Shown here in pieces: positions 15,101 to 28,908 of a DNA stretch of 64,000 nt. The stretch is from Eledone cirrhosa (taxonomy: Eukaryota): the NCBI GenBank assembly GCA_964016885.1, contig OZ024740.1:359972001-360036000 (forward strand). The letters run 5' to 3'. The notes under the pieces are model-generated. The model saw only the letters and a program-made list of their open reading frames with translations. It was not told the DNA's origin and did no database searches. Within the stretch, counting starts at the first letter, position 1. Every line of letters begins with the position of its first letter. Position numbers and translations under genes: made by a program.

Positions 15101-15769
15101 ATATGTTGGAGGGGATGTGCGCTCACGTGTGTTATATGTGGTTATATGTATGAGTGCGCATATACAGATCCGTGTACAACACATACAGAACATCAACCCT
15201 CAACACATACAGAATAACATTGTGGATTGGCAGTATCGGTAGAGGGTCGGACGCTAACAATGAAGTCTGGGGTTATGCTGAACAGCTTTTCATCAACAAA
15301 AATGTCCTCCAATAAGCAAAGTAGCAGCACAGGTATTATTTCACTGTGTGACTGGACTACAATACTAGAATCACTATACCTTGCTAAATTTCCATCTGCC
15401 GTATTCGAAGCCGTTCAAAGGCTACCTGTCCCATGATCCACTCAGTAGTATCTAAAGACTGCGACAAAAACTATAGTCACAAACAATAGCTGATTATTGA
15501 TAGGAATATTCCAGAGTGAGAGCTTGCCTGTAATGTTGCTTGTGGTGCTAGTTAATCCCTTGTTAGCCCTGCTGAGGAAATGTCAAGGCTATATATTAGA
15601 TTCTGCAGAAGAGAGAAATGGTAATGTCACTTACACCTTTTCATTAAAGACCTTAATTTGTATTGGGGCAACATTCACAACCTCAAGAGGAAGAGCTGGT
15701 CACAGCATTCTCACGAGACATAGGAAGTGACCTCGTTTATACCGCCAGTAGTAATCTAGATGTATCGCC

Positions 15770-16460
15770 TATAATGACCTAGATGTATGACCCATGGTTA
15801 CTTAGATGTATCTCCCATAGTGACCTAGATGAATCGTCCATAGTAACTTAGGTAAATCACCCATAAAAACCAAGATGTATCACCAATAGTGACCCAGTTG
15901 TACCATTTGTGGTGATCATGTTGTGCTACCAACGGTCACTCATTTCTATCGCCAATAGTGACTCAGCTGGAGCACCAACGGTGATTCACTTGTACTACCA
16001 ACAGTGATCTTGTTGTTCCACCAACATTGACTCGGGTGTACTGCCATCACAACAATAGTGACCAAGTTGTACCACCGACGATTTTAATAATTTAGTTAAC
16101 CATAAATAGTGACCTACTTCAACCTCCAAGAGTGACCTAGTTGTACCACCAACGGTCTCTCACTTGTACCATTAATACTAACCTTGTTGTACTATCAGTA
16201 GTACCCCACATATGTCACCAACTGTGACCTTATTGTACTATCAGTAGTACCCCACATATGTCACTAACTGTGACCTTGTTGTACCACTAACAGTACCCTA
16301 AAGATACTACTAACACTAACCTAGTTGCACCAGTAACAGTACCCTATGGGTATCCCCAACAATAACCTAGTTGCTCCCCCAATACTATCCTAGATATATC
16401 ACTAGTATTCATCTAATTGCACTCTATGTCATCAACAATGACTCAGTTATATCAATAGAT
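15770..16460. repeat. Degenerate minisatellite, unit about 22-23 bp
   Basis: Many diverged units resembling atagtgacctagttgtaccacca. Confidence 0.75.
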
Positions 16461-16871
16461 GATTAAATTTACAACACTCGTCCATAAACAAATTAGTAAG
16501 ACATACCTGGCAATATCATTTCTTTCTCATGACATAATAATCTGTCTATCTACATACCTGCTTACCTACCTACCGTCATGCCAACAATGTCAGCCATTTG
16601 GAGGAAGTGTAGTTGATTAAATTTATTCCAGTACTTGATTGGTACTTTATTTTACTGACCCCAGATGGATGAAAGCCCTATATCAACACTGGTCGAGGAG
16701 ACGATCTAGGATCAACGATGTTCCAGTCGTAACCATCCCATCTTTTCTTTTTCTGACAATGTGTCGGGGACTATATTTAGAAACGTACTGGATCTTAAAG
16801 CAGGCCCGGGTATCCATCACCTGTCGGGTCAGTTCATAGCTCATTAATATGTTTTACAGCTGTTTGTTTTT

Positions 16872-16931
<60 letters not shown>

Positions 16932-17102
16932 TTGCAAATTCTGAAGGTACCAGCTATCGCAGCCATTTGTAGTCTAGGAATTAGGGAGCTGGGTCCTTAC
17001 TCCACAAATCCAAATTCAGTCATACTTTGGTCGAAGCGGGTTGGTATAGAAGCTGTAGCTCCAATGTATGTATGTATGTATGTATGTATGTATGTATGTA
17101 TG

Positions 17103-17176
<74 letters not shown>

Positions 17177-17182
<6 letters not shown>

Positions 17183-17305
17183 AAATGACAGATTGAAGTT
17201 TGGGCAAGGGGTCGCTGCTTTCACCCTTAACGGGATCTTCAGAAGATCCCGTTGGGGGTGAGAGCAGCGATTCTTTGCTTGAGCTTTGGTCTGTTATTTT
17301 AATAA
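17177..17305 (+). repeat. 64-bp fold-back hairpin of the 11 kb/28.4 kb HHR repeat family, all mismatches G:T
   Basis: Arms pair around A17241 with 48 Watson-Crick and 16 G:T pairs and no other mismatch type. Confidence 0.9.
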
Positions 17306-17770
17306 ATATTTGCTCTACGGTTCTTATATATTTGATATATATTTATCCTTACCGAGCCCTCTTTGGATTTTAGTCTTCAAATTTATTATTATTACTATAT
17401 ATATATATATATAAGGTTTCTTATTGGCAACATGACCCTCCCAAAGTATAACAATATATATATATATGTGTGTATGTATATATATATATGTGTGTATGTA
17501 TATATATATGTGTGTATGTATATATATATATATGTATATATATGTATATATATGTATATATATATATATATGTGTGTGTATGTATATATATATATATATA
17601 TGTGTGTATGTATATATACATGTGTGTGTGTATATATGTGTGTGTGTATATATATATGTGTGTGTGTATATATATGTGTGTGTGTATATGTATGTATGTA
17701 TATATGTATGTATATATATCTATGTATGTATGTATATATGTATGTATATATCTATGTATATGTAGATATG

Positions 17771-18377
17771 TCAGGTCACCAGTTGGTGCTACTGGTAACA
17801 TGTATCCCAGTACAACCTGTCTCATAGTCGGGTTGTTGGCGACTAAACTGGCAACCCCACCAAGGTTTCTTGGTGAGGAGGATGACTTTGGACATCCTGC
17901 AGGACTAAAAACAAAACCTGTCAAATGGCAAAGGAGCTCTTAAGAGTCAATGGCCATCCAAAATCACCGGAGAGATGACCCCTTAGCCTTTGTCAAGGCA
18001 GAATTCTAGGAGAAAGAAAACTCTGATATAACACCTGCAACCCTGATGGTATCCAATGATATTGACTTGTTCTTCTTTTTGGTAAATATCATCTTGGTTA
18101 AAAGAGTGCAGTGGCTTTGTGCAGTGCCTTTGCTCACTATAAAAGCTTCACGGCACAGGCATTGCTTTATATCTGGAGATCTCTCTGCACTTGTCGTCAC
18201 ATGGTACCATGGGCCCTGCACTATGTGTCAATAATTGTCACAAGTGTAGTGTTTGTACCAGAGTTTTCAAGTCACTAGCTGGACTAAAAAGTCACACTCG
18301 TTCAGCGCATCGGTAGGGGTTCTCCTACATGGATATAAAGTAGTGGCCGTACTCGAAAACGAGTTGGCAGCCATCAT
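17771..18377 (+). mobile_element. Non-autonomous bipartite RTE derivative (RTE 5' UTR-like head plus RTE 3' end)
   Basis: Contains ctaggagaaagaaaactctg (RTE 5' UTR-like); 3' part encodes HKCSVCTRVFKSLAGLKSH, matching the C2H2 end of the RTE near 43720; shared terminus gtactcgaaaacgagttggcagccatcat. Confidence 0.75.
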
Positions 18378-19786
18378 ATATATATAAATATATATGTATG
18401 TATATATCATTACCATAACAGAAGTCCGATAGCTTTTGATTCCAGAGTCCGGCCCGATCGATACAGATCAAAGCTTGAGCTGATCAATCGCGAAACGCGC
18501 GTCACACCTCAATAAATGCAATGAAAATTTAAGAGTGATTGGAAAGTGATTCGACTGCACTGTCTAGCAGATCCAACGACCATAGTATAGGCGCACCTAT
18601 GTGTCACTGTTATTTTTGCTTTTACTAGTAGTATTAGTATAACTTGTTTTCGAGCATTTAAATGTATAACTTTATTTTTATTAGACTTGTTATTTACCGA
18701 AGACTGTGTCTTTGGGCTCACGTGTGCTACAATTTTAGCAACAACGTCCGTTAATTTCCCTATTCCATACTTTTTTTTTAGATATATTCTAGGGAGAAGG
18801 GTTAATACAAGAGATTTTGTTTTCTACTATATTTTTATTTTGTTTTCGATACCAGAACATTGAAGACACTGTAGGTGCGTGGTGCCTATCGCCTCAGCTG
18901 ACTCAAATATATGACGAACATTTTGATAAAAATATTTCTTAGTCATTCATTTAGATATATGTGTGTGTGGGGGGGGGGGGGGGGGGGTCTGTAGCTTTTT
19001 TTTTATGTTCTATTATATAGTTCCATGTCAGCCCTAATCGAACCAGCCTATGATCAAAAGTGTTCCAGCCGCAACCATGCCGAATGTTTCCTTTGTGCAG
19101 GGAACCCCTGGGGTCCACATTGTACAATGTTTGTTTTTTTATTACGATGGGGGTGAATAGGATGAGTTTAGCTGCTCTGGAACAATCACATAGGATCTCC
19201 TTCGCTGGCTTGATGTTCTGTGTTTGCTTAGAGACTGGAACATGAAAATATGTTATTCCCTCACATACGACAACAAAAGCAATATATCAACAACTTCAAT
19301 AAAAATAAAAACTTAGTTTTTACCTGGTCGAAAGGGCTGCGTGCACAGGTGAGGGCAAAGTACATGGTTACCTGGGCAGGTAACGTCACCAGATCAACTT
19401 TTGAGTAACTGAAGTGTCCATTTTACCCTCACAACTGGACCAAGTGGTCGCTATTTCGAATAGCACATTCACCACCTAACCAATACCATGTACACCGGTC
19501 GCTGTCAAACCCGCCAATACACAACAGTCTCTCTTTTATATCTACACGCCTCTCTCTCTCTTCTATCTCTCTCTCACTCTCTCTCCTCTCTCTTCTATCT
19601 CTCTCTTTCGCTCTCTCTTTCTCTCTGCCACTCTCTTATTATCAGACATTTAACTTCCTTACCCCTCTCTCTACTCATTTCTATCTTTCTCTTTCACACA
19701 GACATATATATTCATACTCTCCCTCTCATATATATGTGTGTGTGTGTGTATGTATACATATAGAAATGTATATACATATATATGTA

Positions 19787-19857
<71 letters not shown>

Positions 19858-20205
19858 ATATGTGTGTGTGTGTGTGTACTATTATTTGTCAACCATGCTA
19901 TCTCATTTATTTTTAATCTCTATTTCACATACAGTTCCTTGAAACATCATTTTAATCACACACGTACACACGTACACACACACACACACGTAAACATTGA
20001 CGCGAGCACTACTATTACACCCAGCAGAGCTCAACAGTAAGTCATGACACCCGTACTTTATTTCAGTGTCATTCTGCTTTCAAGCATAGAATCACATACA
20101 CAAGCACATTCTTCGTGGATAGAAAAAAAATCTACAGTACATGTATATTTTTATGTGTGTGCGCGCACACACACACACACATACACACGCACGCACGCAC
20201 GCGCG

Positions 20206-20309
<104 letters not shown>

Positions 20310-20355
20310 AATAAAGCCCCTTGTTGTACAGCCAACCATGTTACTCGTCATTCTT

Positions 20356-20394
<39 letters not shown>

Positions 20395-20739
20395 GTTTCT
20401 ACTTTTAGGCACAAGGCCAGCAAAAACCCAGTGCATTACTGGTACTTTATTTTATCGACCCCGTAAGGATGAACGGCAAAGTCAACCTCGGCGGGATTAT
20501 ATAAATAATGAATAAAAACAAAGAAACAGTTCCTTATATCAAAAAATTCATCATTTTACGATCGTTTCTAGGATATATATGTGTGTGTTGGTATGTATAT
20601 CATATAGATCTATGTAAAATTTATATATATATATATATATAACGAAGGAAGTGTGGTAAGGGACCAGGTGGACCATAACGCACCAGTTCAGAGATAGCTG
20701 TCGAAACGGCTGGAGCACAGCCGTCGGGGTCCTGACTCT

Positions 20740-20823
<84 letters not shown>

Positions 20824-21017
20824 TATGAAGAGAGAAGAAACATTTAGATATAATTAGTAATAAAATGTATCATACCTAAACTGCTCCTAGATTCCTCGAC
20901 TACGTAGTTTCGTGGCATAAACAAAAACAATACATCATAAAGATATAGAGTCCTCCGCCTTTTGGGATTCTTTCTCACGTCGTGTAGACGCGTTCTTGAA
21001 GCTAGTAAAATGAGGTA

Positions 21018-21107
21018 TCCTCTTGATAAGTCGGCAGACCTCGCAAGGACTCTATATCTTTATGATGTATTGTTTTTGTTTATGCCATGAAACTACGTAG
21101 TCGAGGA
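21018..21107 (+). ncRNA. Type I hammerhead ribozyme, U3-A8 core variant (copy 1)
   Basis: tcctc-TTGATAA-gtcggca...tgccat-GAAA-ctacgtag-TC-gagga; palindromic stem III ACTACGTAGT; predicted cleavage after C21102. Confidence 0.7.
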
Positions 21108-21610
21108 ATCTAGGAGCAGTTTAGGTATGATACATTTTATTACTAATTATATCTAAATGTTTCTTCTCTCTTCATAATGTATTTTTAACTCTGATACTGG
21201 TTCAGTCTAATTCAACCGGATTGGTTTGTCCCAGTCATTCATTGAGCAACATCGGTAAGGTTGGCACCATTAACTCACGGTTGGGTGTGGATGCATTCAT
21301 GTATATGTGTGTGTCCGCATGTATCTGTGTGTTTCTAAATATATTGTTCATAACTCCCTCTGGTCGAGTAATCTTTGAAGTATGGTGACTGCTGGAAAGC
21401 TGCCATTACTCATACTTCTCGCCTCCTTCACCACCTCTTCTACGGCTTCGATATAAATACCCCATCCGCCTCCGTGGTATTTTCTTCGGGGTTATAAGAG
21501 GCTTAGCTCTGTTTCTCGACCGTTATATCGCGTGACTATCTCCCCCTCCGCCTTTTGGGATTCTTTCTCACGTCGTGTAGACGCGTTCTTGAAGCTAGTA
21601 AAATGAGGTA

Positions 21611-21700
21611 TCCTCTTGATAAGTCGGCAGACCTCGCAAGGACTCTATATCTTTATGATGTATTGTTTTTGTTTATGCCACGAAACTACGTAGTCGAGGA
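21611..21700 (+). ncRNA. Type I hammerhead ribozyme, U3-A8 core variant (copy 2)
   Basis: tcctc-TTGATAA-gtcggca...tgccac-GAAA-ctacgtag-TC-gagga; predicted cleavage after C21695. Confidence 0.75.
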
Positions 21701-21931
21701 ATCTAGGAGCAGTTTAGGTATGATACATTTTATTACTAATTATATCTAAATGTTTCTTCTCTCTTCATAATGTATTTTTAACTCTGATACTGGTTCAGTC
21801 TAATTCAACCGGATTGGTCTGTCCCAGTCATTCATTGAGCAACATCGGTAAGGTTGGCACCATTAACTCACGGTTGGGTGTGGATGCATTCATGTATATG
21901 TGTGTGTCCGCATGTATCTGTGTGTTTCTAA

Positions 21932-21977
<46 letters not shown>

Positions 21978-21978
<1 letters not shown>

Positions 21979-22249
21979 AATGGATATTTTTGTGTTCGAT
22001 CTTCATTTTCGTTTTTTGTTTTTGCTTTTGTTTTTCTTTGTATCTTTACTGGACTTTCTTTCTGTTTCTCCATTGTGATCCTGTCTCTATTTGTACTCCT
22101 GAAGAAGGGCTTAAGCCCGACATGTCGAACTTTCTTTCCTCTTTCCAAAATAAAGTGTGAAACTAATAAGACTTTTTGTACTTCTTTTTGTTGTCTCCTT
22201 GAGCTACATATATACATATATATATATATATTTGTTGTCTGTTTGAGCT

Positions 22250-22255
<6 letters not shown>
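21978..22255 (+). mobile_element. PLE-type terminal repeat with damaged HHR; inverted partial copy at 27395-27530
   Basis: CTGAAGA-agggc ttaa gccc-GA(AA lost)-catgtc at 22099-22126, then AATAAA; embedded in (TA)n. Confidence 0.6.
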
Positions 22256-24277
<2,022 letters not shown>

Positions 24278-24423
24278 AGGATTAAAATACTGGAGCGTGT
24301 TGGAGTTAAACACCCTCTTCGTATTATAGAAATGACAGTAAAAGGTATAGCTCAATGTAATTAAACAGAGCCGAAGAATTATGAAATAAAACAAAGAAGC
24401 CTTCAATACATCAAAAGTCTTTA

Positions 24424-24460
24424 TTAATGTTTCGTCCTATTAAGGACTCATCAGGGCAAT
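24424..24460 (-). ncRNA. Hammerhead core of the PLE 3' terminus; cleavage site apparently deleted
   Basis: Minus: attgcc-CTGATGA-gtcct taat aggac-GAAA-catt-aataaa; perfect core and 5-bp stem II, but no UH or complete stem I 3' strand. Confidence 0.65.
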
Positions 24461-26143
24461 CAAAACCACAAGAAGTACTATCGGCCAATACAAGCCGAAA
24501 ACTCGAAGAATATGGAGTGTACATACACTAAAGTATTGGAAGATTATGGGTAAAAATATATAATAAAAATCACTAAGGAGGTGTATAACATTTTGAACCA
24601 TATTACAATATAGTCCAAAGCAAAAAAAACCTAGAGCTAAACAAAGGTGGTTATATAGAGCGGGGATTATATATAATACAATATAATATAATATAATATA
24701 ATATACTTGTAACAATATTAAAATTAAAATTTAAATTAAAATTAAAAGGCACAATATACATATGTATATATGTACGCACACGTACGCACATATACATATA
24801 CATCAATACACATATCCATCATTAACAGCACAAATTAAACCTTATTAAGAGTTTAAATATAAATAAGCATAATAGGAATAAAAATAATAATAATAATACG
24901 TATATCTAATATACATGAAGTAATGAAATGATTAAAAGTAACACATATAATATATAACTATACTATATAATTATATAATATATAATATAATATAATAGAT
25001 AATCTCCGGTTAATTTACACAAACAATATAGACGTCACAATAATACTATATTAATAATATAATAATATATATAATATATAATGGCATGTAAGTTAACAAA
25101 TCAATTCATATAGAGTTACAGAGCAGTTGAGAAAAAAATATAAATTGTACAATACCCAAAATTATGATGGTACAAAAATATAAACATCTTACATGATATA
25201 TAAAATTTAACATATCATAATGGTACATAAAATCAACGGTAAGTAATAAGGATCAATAGTACAATAACAACTTCAATATAAAATAATGAACATAATATAA
25301 TATATAATTACTTATAATTACAAGGTTGGTAAACAGACATATATGTGGATGAGTGAATAAGGGCCAGACAGAAAATACAATGCACAGTAGTATTAATAAA
25401 TAAATAAATAAAATCAACCGGAAATTAAAAAACAAAAACAAAAGTATTTACTTAGGTCTCACATGCAGTTAAGTAAAAACTTAGGAAACAACCCAAATAA
25501 ATGACTCGAAAACCCTATTTGATAAATTAATATTGAAAATATTTAAAATACCTAATAAGGCAATAAAATATTAGCTATGGTTTAAGTAATCAAAATTCAT
25601 AAACATTAATATTTCACTATAAATATATATATAAAGGAATGAAATATTCTACTATCATTTACATAACGATATCTAAAAAACTGACTTAAGCAGAATTATG
25701 GTAGGCTAATAGGGACAGAAAAAAAGAAATGTATGTAGGATACAAAGGAGCATAAAATCATAATCAATATACTGTATTATATAATAGAAAGGAGCATAAA
25801 AGAGGGGGGGATTAAATATAATCATAATATATTAGAAGGGGTTGACAATAAATTTATGTGTGCATGGGGGTGGGTGGGGGGGGGGGTTATCCAAAGAAGA
25901 ATCCAAATAAAATAAAATAAAATGAAATAAAATAAAATAATATAAAATATAAAATCAGATATATACTCACAAGGTGTTAATAGTGAAAATTTAATGTGTA
26001 AGAAGATAGATATGGTATAGTAGCCAAAAGATTATGAGAGCTAGAATAAAAAGTTGTCAAAAACCAATGATAATAATGATGATAATAATGGTGGTAAACA
26101 AAAAGAACCTAAACTAAAGAAAATAAGTAATGGAATATATCAG

Positions 26144-27319
26144 CTAATGGATACAATATATACTACTAGAACCTTTAGGTTTATAATAAAAGTAAGAATT
26201 AGAAATAGCGTGGGGGCAAGAAGAGAATATCTCAGACTTTCTATTAAGTAAGGATTCACTAGAGAAAATTATAGAGTGTGTCTCGAGGATACAGAGATTA
26301 CAAAATTTAGTATGCGTAGAAAGGTTATTAGAGCGTGCTACTAAACGCCAATTAAGGCTATATGGTATATTAGCCCCCTTAAGATCCCAGATATAGTGTG
26401 CTAAAGAAGTAGAATTCTTAAACTTAACATGTTTGAAATTAGAGATATGAGAATTAAACCTAGTCTTAAAAGTGTTAGATGTAGAGCCTATATAAGTTCT
26501 ATTAGAGGAATTAGTTATAACTACGCAAGCATAGACGATGTTCTTAGAGAGGCAGTTACCGTTTAAAGGGCAGTTAGCACTCACTCTACAGTTACACTTC
26601 CGGGTGCTATTGGTTGGCTGAAGTAGTGATGCATTACACGTAGGATTATTATTAGATAAGGTCTGCTCTGGTGGTAAGGCATTTACAGATCTGTTCAGAC
26701 TAGTAGTATGTAGAGAGGAGTATCCATCCCTAATTTTCCTATTGTTAGTGCTAGCTAAATGAGAACTAATATTAGGGGTGGTAGAGAATGAAAGTTTAAT
26801 AACATTTTTATTAAAAATACTATGGTATTTATGAGAAGGGGGGAAATTTTTCTCTAAGATAGAAAAGAAAGACCTAGGGATATTAGTTAATACTTCCTGA
26901 TTATATGGCGGGTTAAAATAAGTATTTAGTCTCCTTCTATTTTTATCCTTACCGACTCTACCATTATCTAATATCCCATTATTAAGACTAGGGTTATTAC
27001 AAGGATTAGTTAAAACCGCATTATTAGAATCAGCCAAAATTCCATTAAGTCTCTTACTGTTTCTACCTCTAGTAGATCTGCTGCCGTCTGGAATCCCATC
27101 AAAAGGATTAGGGCCAATAATAGGATCAGTAGAAACAACATTATTAGAATTAGATCTAGCAAAATCATCACCAATGAGTGAGCGCTCAGAGGGTTCGACT
27201 TGTTTCCTAGAGGTATTATATTCTCTATTACGAGTCCGGTGGGTTAACTTATGGATGGGTTCAGATACACCTATATAATTTCTACGGTTATTATGCTTCC
27301 TACTCCCATTCATGGCCAT
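26144..27319 (-). CDS. PLE linker plus GIY-YIG endonuclease ORF (391 aa from the Met at 27319; no RT)
   Basis: YFNPPY, CNCRxxxxCPLNGNC, NIVYACVV...TYIGST...FKTRFNSH, CNLCILE and LLNRKSEIFSSCPH motifs; open without stops. Confidence 0.85.
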   Translation of the reverse strand: MAMNGSRKHNNRRNYIGVSEPIHKLTHRTRNREYNTSRKQVEPSERSLIGDDFARSNSNNVVSTDPIIGPNPFDGIPDGSRSTRGRNSKRLNGILADSNNAVLTNPCNNPSLNNGILDNGRVGKDKNRRRLNTYFNPPYNQEVLTNIPRSFFSILEKNFPPSHKYHSIFNKNVIKLSFSTTPNISSHLASTNNRKIRDGYSSLHTTSLNRSVNALPPEQTLSNNNPTCNASLLQPTNSTRKCNCRVSANCPLNGNCLSKNIVYACVVITNSSNRTYIGSTSNTFKTRFNSHISNFKHVKFKNSTSLAHYIWDLKGANIPYSLNWRLVARSNNLSTHTKFCNLCILETHSIIFSSESLLNRKSEIFSSCPHAISNSYFYYKPKGSSSIYCIH

Positions 27320-27350
27320 GTTATGTGATATTATGTTATTATTATTATAA

Positions 27351-27403
<53 letters not shown>

Positions 27404-27560
27404 GCTTAAACAGACAACAAATATATATATATATATATATGTATATATGTAGCTTAAGGAGACAACAAAAAGAAGTACAAAAAGTCTTATTAGTTTCACA
27501 CTTTATTTTGGAAAGAGGAAAGAAAGTTCGCCGATTGGCGCCCGACAGACTGGTCGGTCA

Positions 27561-27653
<93 letters not shown>

Positions 27654-27700
27654 AACGTAAAATAAGAAAATTATAAAATTAACTTACTTACTAAAATATC

Positions 27701-27782
27701 ACTTCCAACTAATTAGTTTCTGGAATGGAGTAAATATATTTTCCGAAGAAGATATATAAAAGCATTCCGTCGTCAGGGAAGT
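27701..27782 (-). ncRNA. Type I hammerhead ribozyme (minus arm of the palindrome)
   Basis: Reverse complement of 27903-27984. Confidence 0.75.
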
Positions 27783-27902
27783 CTATTTTCATCCAAGTTA
27801 CCAGGCAAAGCGAGGACTCTGGAAACTTATTAAAAAGTTTTAATAAACTTTTTAATAAGTTTCCAGAGTCCTCGCTTTGCCTGGTAACTTGGATGAAAAT
27901 AG

Positions 27903-27984
27903 ACTTCCCTGACGACGGAATGCTTTTATATATCTTCTTCGGAAAATATATTTACTCCATTCCAGAAACTAATTAGTTGGAAGT
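27903..27984 (+). ncRNA. Type I hammerhead ribozyme
   Basis: acttcc-CTGACGA-c ggaatg...cattcc a-GAAA-ctaattag-TT-ggaagt; 6-bp stem I, palindromic stem III ACTAATTAGT, GUU triplet. Confidence 0.75.
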
Positions 27985-28153
27985 GATATTTTAGTAAGTA
28001 AGTTAATTTTATAATTTTCTTATTTTACGTTTCTCATATTATTGTTCTGCAACCCCATGCACTGAACCACAATGTTACTAAGACAAAACCTATATATCTG
28101 CTAGCATTGATATGCATCTGTATGTATATATATGTTACTAGATATAAATTCTT

Positions 28154-28222
<69 letters not shown>

Positions 28223-28250
28223 CTTGATATATATGTCTGTATATATTTTA

Positions 28251-28525
28251 ATTATATATATGTCTGTGTATATTTTAATTATTTAAAAATTATTTTTAAG
28301 TGAACATGATTTTTAAAAGATATTTTGAAGTGAACGTGACCCAACGGGTCGCGGATGGTCTAGAATATATTATTAGTACAGATTAAAGTTTAAGTAAAGA
28401 ATTTCTACTTTCACCCTACTACGGGATCCAGTAATAGGGTGAAAGCAGACATTCTTTGCTTAAACTTTAATCTGTACTAATAATAAATATTTGCTCTACG
28501 GGTTTATATATACTTTTTTATATAT

Positions 28526-28593
<68 letters not shown>

Positions 28594-28908
28594 ATAATAT
28601 TTACGAAGACCAAAATCAGAAGAGGGCTCGATAAGGATATATAAAAAAGTATATATAAACCCGTAGAGCAAATATTTATTATTAGTACAGATTAAAGTTT
28701 AAGCAAAGAATGTCTGCTTTCACCCTATTACTGGATCCCGTAGTAGGGTGAAAGTAGAAATTCTTTAAAACTTTAATCTGTACTAATAATATATTCTAGA
28801 CCACCGGTGACCTGTTGGGTCACGTCCACTTCAAAATATCTTTTAAAAATCATGTTCACTTAAAAATAATTTTTAAATAATTAAAATATACACAGACATA
28901 TATATAAT
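28251..28908. repeat. Inverted duplication containing a Helitron 3' end and an internal HHR-family hairpin
   Basis: 28251-28530 mirrors 28631-28908, including the CTAG junctions at 28360-28363 and 28796-28799. Confidence 0.85.

Larger units (their letters stand above)
20819..21938 (+). mobile_element. PLE-type non-autonomous element: inverted partial repeat plus two tandem HHR-bearing repeats (period 593 bp)
   Basis: 20952-21345 repeats at 21545-21938; 20819-20954 is an inverted copy of part of the repeat; (TA)n on both sides. Confidence 0.85.
24278..27350 (-). mobile_element. 5'-truncated Penelope-like retroelement (Naiad-type) inserted in (TA)n
   Basis: GIY-YIG ORF, about 1.9-kb AT-rich 3' UTR, HHR core and AATAAA near the 3' end, TA arrays on both sides. 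Confidence 0.85.
27646..28039. repeat. Apparently perfect palindrome with arms of about 195 bp (fold-back PLE-type terminal repeat)
   Basis: Arms 27646-27840 and 27845-28039, 4-nt loop taat; (TA)n directly upstream. Confidence 0.9.

Noticed and set aside
15770-16460. Regularly spaced short repeats (CRISPR-like at first glance)
   Set aside because: Contiguous degenerate units with no unique spacers and no cas genes, in a eukaryotic context
26144-27319. Selenocysteine-encoding Naiad
   Set aside because: No in-frame TGA in the ORF and no SECIS recognised
27320-27499. Signal-peptide-like N-terminus of the 451-aa ORF
   Set aside because: Derived from an adjacent repeat and (TA)n; a chance in-frame extension
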